Shown piece by piece: positions 58,503-64,000 of a DNA stretch of 64,000 nucleotides. Position numbers and translations under genes: made by a program. The notes beneath the pieces were generated by a model. That model was not told where the DNA came from and did no database searches. It saw only the letters and a list, made by a program, of their open reading frames with translations. Source of the stretch: Polyangiales bacterium (GTDB taxonomy: Bacteria; Myxococcota_A; Polyangia; Polyangiales; JADJQN01). The stretch's first letter is position 1. Each line of letters starts with the position of its first letter. Location of the stretch: positions 64,001 to 128,000 of the forward strand of contig CAXNJO010000010.1 of assembly GCA_964202905.1 (NCBI GenBank). The letters are read 5' to 3'.

Positions 58503-60586
58503 GCGCGCGCCGAACCGCCAGCCTCCTGCTCGCTTCCCTCCTCGCCCTCGCCGCGGGTTGTGGTGACCCGCCGACCGAGATCGTGCTCGTCGTCGACACC
58601 GGGCTCGCCGTCCCCGCCGAGCTCGACGCGGTCACGATCGACGTCAGCGGCCCGACGCGCATGGAGCGCAAGCTCGCGCGGCTCGGGCCGAGCGGCACGG
58701 CGCTGCCCCTCACGCTCGGCCTCACGCGGGCGGAGGGCGCGGCGCTCGGGCCGCTCGGGATCGTCGTCAGCGGGCAGCGCGCGGGCACGGAGATCGTGCG
58801 CCGCGTCGTGTCGACCGAGTTCGTCGAGGGCGAGAGCCGCGTGCTGCGCGTGGTGCTCGTCGCCGACTGCCTCGCGCCGCGCGACTGTGGCGCCGGCAAC
58901 ACGTGCAGCGAGCTCGGCTGCGTGCCCGAGCGCCTCGCAGGCAGCGCGCTCCCCCGCTTCGGCGCGGTGCCCGGCCGCTTCGACGGCGGCAACGGCATGG
59001 TCGAGCGCTGCAACGGCGTCGACGACGACGGCGACACCCTGATCGACGAGGGCTTCGACCTGCAGAACGAGACCGGCCACTGCGGCGCGTGCGGCAACGA
59101 CTGCAGCGCGAAGCCCGGCGTGCGCGGCGCGCGCTGTGTCGCGGGCGCGTGCGTCATCGAGGGCTGCGCCGCAGACCGCGGCGACTGCGACGACGACCCG
59201 GCCAACGGCTGCGAGGTCGACACGCTCACCGACGCCGCGCACTGCGGCAGCTGCATCGGCATCTGCCAGCCGCTCAACGGCGCGCCGACCTGCAGCGCCG
59301 GCGCGTGCAGCATCGCGTGCACGCCGGGCTTCGCGGACTGCGACGCGAGCCCCGCGAGCGGCTGCGAGGCCAACCTCGCGAGCCTCGAGTCCTGCGGTCG
59401 CTGCGCGAACCGCTGCGACACGCGCTGCAGCGCGGGCTACTGCGACGATCAGCGCGTCCTCGCGCTCGCGGTCGGCGGCTCGCACGGCTGCGCGTTGCGC
59501 GAGCGCGGCACGCTCGTGTGCTGGGGTGCGAACGCCTCCGGCCAGCTCGGCGACGCGACGACGACGGTACGCCGCCAGCCCATCGATGTCCGCGCGCTCA
59601 CCGACGCCCGCTCGCTGGCGGCCGGCGACGCGCACACCTGCGCCATCCGCGCGACGGGTGGCGTCGCGTGCTGGGGCGAGGGCGATCTCGGTCGCCTCGG
59701 CGACGGCGGCACCACGGACCGCAACACGCCCGTCGCCGTGCTCGACCTGACGGGCGCGACGCAGCTCGCGGGCGGCGGCGCCCACACCTGCGCGCTCGAC
59801 ACCGACGGCAGCGTACGTTGCTGGGGCGCGAACATGCGCGGGCAGGTCGGGGACGGGACCCTCGCGACGCGGGTGCGCCCCGTCGCGGTCATGGGGCTCT
59901 CCGACGTGCGCGCGATCGTCGCCGGCGATCTGCACAGCTGCGCGCTCCGCACCGACGGCACCGTGGCCTGCTGGGGCGAGAACCGCCTCGGCCAGCTCGG
60001 TGACGCCTCCGTGCCGGGCGATCCGAGCGAGATGCTCTCGAACGTGGCGGGCCCGGTGGCCGCGCTCGACGCCGTGACCGCCATCGCCTCGCACGCCAAG
60101 GCCAATCACACCTGCGCGCTCCGCATGAGCGGCGAGGTGCTCTGCTGGGGCAAGGGCACGAGCGACCAGCTCGGCACCGCCGCCGGCACGATGAACGCGC
60201 GCTCACCCGTCGCCGTCGCGCTACCGATGGCCGCGAGCGCGATCGCGGTGGGCGCGGAGCACTCTTGCGCGGCGCTCCTCGACGGCACCGTGCGCTGCTG
60301 GGGCCTCAACGATCAGGGCCAGCTCGGCAACGGCAGCACGCTCGGCGGCGCCGCCGTCGTGAGCGTCGAGCGCACGGACGCGATGCCGCTCGGCAGCCCG
60401 ACGACGATCGAGGGCGCCAGCGCCGTGATCGTCGCGCTCAGCGGCGGCATCAAGCACACGTGCGCGCTCACCCAGACCGGTGCGGTGTATTGCTGGGGCT
60501 ACAACAACAACGGCCAGGTGGGCGACGGATCGTCGGCGCCGAACTTCATCCGCGCGACGCGCGTCCGCACGCTGCCCTTCCCCTGA
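58499..60586 (+). CDS. RCC1-repeat lipoprotein with Cys-rich modules
   Basis: Lipobox AAGC, ERCNGVDDDGDTLIDEG, HCGACGN, seven HTCA...G.V.CWG.N..GQLG units. ATGA overlap. Confidence 0.92.
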   Translation: MSARRTASLLLASLLALAAGCGDPPTEIVLVVDTGLAVPAELDAVTIDVSGPTRMERKLARLGPSGTALPLTLGLTRAEGAALGPLGIVVSGQRAGTEIVRRVVSTEFVEGESRVLRVVLVADCLAPRDCGAGNTCSELGCVPERLAGSALPRFGAVPGRFDGGNGMVERCNGVDDDGDTLIDEGFDLQNETGHCGACGNDCSAKPGVRGARCVAGACVIEGCAADRGDCDDDPANGCEVDTLTDAAHCGSCIGICQPLNGAPTCSAGACSIACTPGFADCDASPASGCEANLASLESCGRCANRCDTRCSAGYCDDQRVLALAVGGSHGCALRERGTLVCWGANASGQLGDATTTVRRQPIDVRALTDARSLAAGDAHTCAIRATGGVACWGEGDLGRLGDGGTTDRNTPVAVLDLTGATQLAGGGAHTCALDTDGSVRCWGANMRGQVGDGTLATRVRPVAVMGLSDVRAIVAGDLHSCALRTDGTVACWGENRLGQLGDASVPGDPSEMLSNVAGPVAALDAVTAIASHAKANHTCALRMSGEVLCWGKGTSDQLGTAAGTMNARSPVAVALPMAASAIAVGAEHSCAALLDGTVRCWGLNDQGQLGNGSTLGGAAVVSVERTDAMPLGSPTTIEGASAVIVALSGGIKHTCALTQTGAVYCWGYNNNGQVGDGSSAPNFIRATRVRTLPFP

Positions 60587-60673
60587 CCTCGCCAGCGCGC
60601 GCGCGCAGGTGCTTTGTTCCACCGTCGCGCGCATGACGTCGCGAGCGAGGGCCGCTGCCACGTCGCTGCGCGG

Positions 60674-62197
60674 TCAGAAATCGTCTTCGACGAGCACCGG
60701 GCCACCGCCCGTCGCGCGGCGCTTCGTCGGGCGCTTCGTTGGCGTACGTACGGAATTGGCGTCGCTGGGCGGTACGATCTCGTCCGTCAGTGCGGGCAGC
60801 GCGGCGACCCCTGCATCGGGCGCAACGGGCGCGACGGGCGGCGTCGGCGTGACGGGAGCGGGCACCACGACGACCGGCGTCCCCGCGGCAGGCTGCGCCG
60901 TCGGCGTGACGGGCGCGTCCGCCGGCGTCCCGATGATCTGCGACGCCAGCCAGAACGCCCCCCCGACGCCCGCGATCGCCACGCCCCCCGCCGCGGCCAT
61001 GAGCGGCCAGGGCTTCCCACTCCGGTCGCGCGCGCGCTGCACGCTGGTCGTGCGCACGACGGGCTGCGGAGAGTCGTCGCGCGCCACCGCCTGCTCGAGG
61101 TCGTCGAGCCTCACGTCGAGCGCCTCGACCGTCATCGTCTTGAGCGCCTCGTCCTCGCTCGCGGCGGCCTGCGGGCGCATCGGCGGACGCGCCCCGGGGC
61201 TGGTGTAACCGCCCGAAACCCCCTCGAGTTTCAGCACGACGCTCTCCGGCAGCGCGGCGCGGTCACGTTCGATCTGGTCGGCCATCGACGCGATCATCAA
61301 CTCGCTGAGCGACTCGGCATCGACCGCGAGCGCGCGCGGCAGCGCGTCGCCGAGGCGGCGGCGGAACTCCTGCGCCGTCGCGGGGCGCGCATCGGGGTCC
61401 TCGGCGAGCGCGGAGAGGACGACGGCGTCGAGCGCGGGCGGGATCGACGGCAGCCAGCGGCTCGGCGCCTCGACCATCGGGTGCCGCACGTTCTCGAGCA
61501 CGAGGAGATCGTTGGCCGCGTCGAAGAGGGGCCGCGCCGCGAGCAGCTCCCAGAGCACGATACCCAGTGCGAACACGTCGCTGCGGCGATCGACGGGACG
61601 CCCCCACGCCTGCTCCGGCGACATGTAGCGGAACTTGCCCTTGATGCTGCCCGCCTCGGTCTGCTGTGAGCGCCCGGAGGCCTTCGCGATGCCGAAGTCG
61701 ATGAGCTTCACGTGGCCCTGGTACGCGAGGAGCACGTTCTGCGGGCTCACGTCGCGGTGCACGACCCCGAGCAATTCGCCGAGATCGCCGCGCGTCTCGT
61801 GCGCGGCGTGCAGCCCATCGGCGACCTTCATCACGATGCTCGTCGCGATCTCCGCCGCGAGCATGCGCTTGCGCCGCGCGAGCGCGCGCACGAGCAAGGA
61901 GAGCGAGCAGCCGTGCACGTACTCCATCACGAGGAAGTACGTGCCCTCGGCCTCGCCGAGCTCTTCGACGTGCACGACGTTGGGGTGGACGATGCGCGCC
62001 GAGAGCAGCGCCTCGTCGACGAACATCCGCACGAAGGACGCATCCGTCGCGAGGTGCGGGTGCACGACCTTGATCGCGACGAAGCGCTGGAAGCCCGCGG
62101 CGCCACGGCGATGCGCGAGAAAGAGCGTCGCCATCCCGCCCGACTTCAGGCGGGCGACGATCTCGTACTCACCGACCTTGTCGCCGAGCTCGAACAC
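60674..62197 (-). CDS. Membrane Ser/Thr protein kinase
   Basis: GGMATLF, VAIK, HRDVSPQN, DFGIAK, GKFRYMSPEQ, C-terminal TM. Confidence 0.95.
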   Translation of the reverse strand: MFELGDKVGEYEIVARLKSGGMATLFLAHRRGAAGFQRFVAIKVVHPHLATDASFVRMFVDEALLSARIVHPNVVHVEELGEAEGTYFLVMEYVHGCSLSLLVRALARRKRMLAAEIATSIVMKVADGLHAAHETRGDLGELLGVVHRDVSPQNVLLAYQGHVKLIDFGIAKASGRSQQTEAGSIKGKFRYMSPEQAWGRPVDRRSDVFALGIVLWELLAARPLFDAANDLLVLENVRHPMVEAPSRWLPSIPPALDAVVLSALAEDPDARPATAQEFRRRLGDALPRALAVDAESLSELMIASMADQIERDRAALPESVVLKLEGVSGGYTSPGARPPMRPQAAASEDEALKTMTVEALDVRLDDLEQAVARDDSPQPVVRTTSVQRARDRSGKPWPLMAAAGGVAIAGVGGAFWLASQIIGTPADAPVTPTAQPAAGTPVVVVPAPVTPTPPVAPVAPDAGVAALPALTDEIVPPSDANSVRTPTKRPTKRRATGGGPVLVEDDF

Positions 62198-62224
62198 GCG
62201 CTTCGTCCGCTCCCCTCGCCCCGC

Positions 62225-64000
62225 TCAGTTCCCGCTCACGCAGGCCTGCTGCAGCTCGACCCGGAGCGTGTACGGCGAGCACTCGAAGGCCGGCGCGCCG
62301 ACCCCGCGCACGGTCACGAAGTACGAGCCGGAGTCGCTCCCGAACAGCCCGCAGCTGCCGTCGATGACGGCCGAGCGGGTGCCGCTCGCGCCGGCGGCGA
62401 CGGTCGTGCACGTGCCGTCGCCGCACGTCCCGCCGGCCTGCACGCACACCTGATAGGAGCCGGCGTTCGCGGGGACCGTGAGGGTGGCGACGAGACGGTA
62501 GTCCTCGTCGCAGCCGGCCGGGTTGAGACAGATCGCGGTGCACGTGCAGGTGCTGTCGTTCTCGAGCCAGTTGACGCGGTAGACGTCCGCGTCGCCCGCT
62601 CCGTAGATCGTCGGCGTCACCGTCTGAATCGAGACGCGCGCACCATCGTTGGTGGTGCCCATCGCCGCGAGCGCGCTGGCCGCCGAACACGAGTTGTTCG
62701 GCTCGAAGGAATCCCCGGAGAGCCCCTCGTCCGTCTGGCCGTCGCAGTCGTTGTCGACGTCGTCGCACGTCTCGGCCGCCGAGGGACGCGGCGTGCACGT
62801 GAGCTGCGCGCCGGCGTCGCACACGGCGCACGGTGTTCGCGCACTGGCCGACGCCGCAGCTCTGCGTGTTCGAGGCGGGCGCGTAGGGGTCGCAACGCCC
62901 CGGAGTAGTACCCGTGCAGCCGGAGAGAAGCTGGCAGGTGTTGTCGCAGTCGAGTACCTCCGCCCCCGCGGTCGTCCTTCCCGGACAGAGGGTCATGGCG
63001 CCCTGGCAGGTGCCACTCCCGGTGCAGAACACGTCGCGGGCAGGGACATTCGCAACCTGGTTGCAGGAGCCGCCGACGGCCGCGCCGGTGGGCGAGGTGA
63101 AGTAGGCGGCGCAGTTCACGAGGCCGCACTCGTTCGCCGGGTCGGTCCCACCCGGGATGTTCACGCAGTCACCCTCGCTGCCGGGCACGTCGCAGGCGCG
63201 GCACGTGCCGGAGCACGCGCTCGTGCAGCACACGCCGTCGACGCAGGAGAGCCCGGTCGCGCACTCCGCCGTGTTGCTGCACGCGGCCGCCTTCATCCCG
63301 CGCGAGGTGCAGACGCCGCTCGCGCTGCAGAACGCCGTCGGGTCGCACTCGGCGTCGCTGCTGCAGCCGCTCGCGCAGATGGGCGCGTCCTGCGAGGTCG
63401 CGCTCGTGCAGGTCACCGAGGGATACGTGCCGCAGTTGTTCGCCTCGAGGCCGGCGCAACCCGTGTCGTCGGGCACGGCGGAGCCGACCGCGCACTGCTT
63501 GCTCGCGGTGCAGACGGGATCGACGCGCTCGCCCTGACAGCCCGCGGCGCGCGTACAGCTCGAGGCGCGCCCGTACGTCGCCGCGGGGCAGTCGCTCGCC
63601 ATGCTGCAGCAGTCGCCGGTCGCGCAGCAGAAACCATTGTTGCAGTAGCTGCTGAGGCAGTCGCTGGCCTCGTCGCACATGCGGCCGCTCTCGAGGTCGG
63701 GCACGCAGGCCCCCGCGTCGCAGTGGGCCTCGGGGTCGCACTCGGCGTCGGAGGTGCACGCGGTCGCGCACGACGGCGCGGGCTGCTCGGTGCCGCCGGA
63801 GCAGTAGCGCGCCGGGTACGACCCGCACGCGTCGGCGAGCACGCCGCCGTTGCAGGCGCTGTCGTCGGAGACGTTCGTCATCGTGTTGCAGACGAAGCCC
63901 ACGCAGACGGCCGCGTCGCGCGAGCCCTGGCACGCCTCGGGCGCCTCGCAGCGGGGCGCGGTCGCGTAGGCGCCGGGGCAGTCGCTCGGCCGCACGCAGC
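62225..64000 (-). CDS. Large Cys-rich repeat surface protein, partial (starts beyond the window), frameshift near 62825
   Basis: Repeated C.SDAECDP.A.C, CVDGVCC..AC.G.C.AC, ETCDDVDNDCDGQTDEG, D.FEPNN, terminal CSPYTL. Confidence 0.85.

Overview
Very GC-rich (roughly 75%) chromosomal segment whose gene content points to a myxobacterium (Myxococcota, probably Polyangiales/Sandaracinaceae-like; inference from MYXO-CTERM-like tails, PEGA/TPR proteins, many Ser/Thr kinases, RCC1- and Cys-rich lipoproteins, bactofilin, FrgA-like protein). Core genes: era, der, hom, prmA, rsmE, ligA, an lgt-like gene, a NUDIX hydrolase and a probable NAD kinase fragment. About ten genes are broken by 1-2 nt frameshifts, which suggests an error-prone long-read or MAG assembly, so pseudogene calls are uncertain. 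The accessory core is 17.7-25.8 kb and has three parts. (1) A translationally coupled VKOR-DsbA / Cys-rich OmpA-like / TlpA operon. (2) An XRE regulator divergent from an Asp-rich lipoprotein that ends in four 6-Cys repeats I do not recognise; the intergenic region has a palindromic operator-like site. (3) A small defence/TA island with a degenerate Rpn nuclease (strong intragenic RBS+ATG), a DUF4160-DUF2442 pair and a Uma2 nuclease, with the Rpn 3' end present three times as direct repeats bounding the cassettes. A HmuY-like / S8 protease / metalloprotease locus lies at 52.7-56.8 kb. No rRNA, tRNA or CRISPR array was recognised. All family assignments come from motif recognition by eye, not from database searches.
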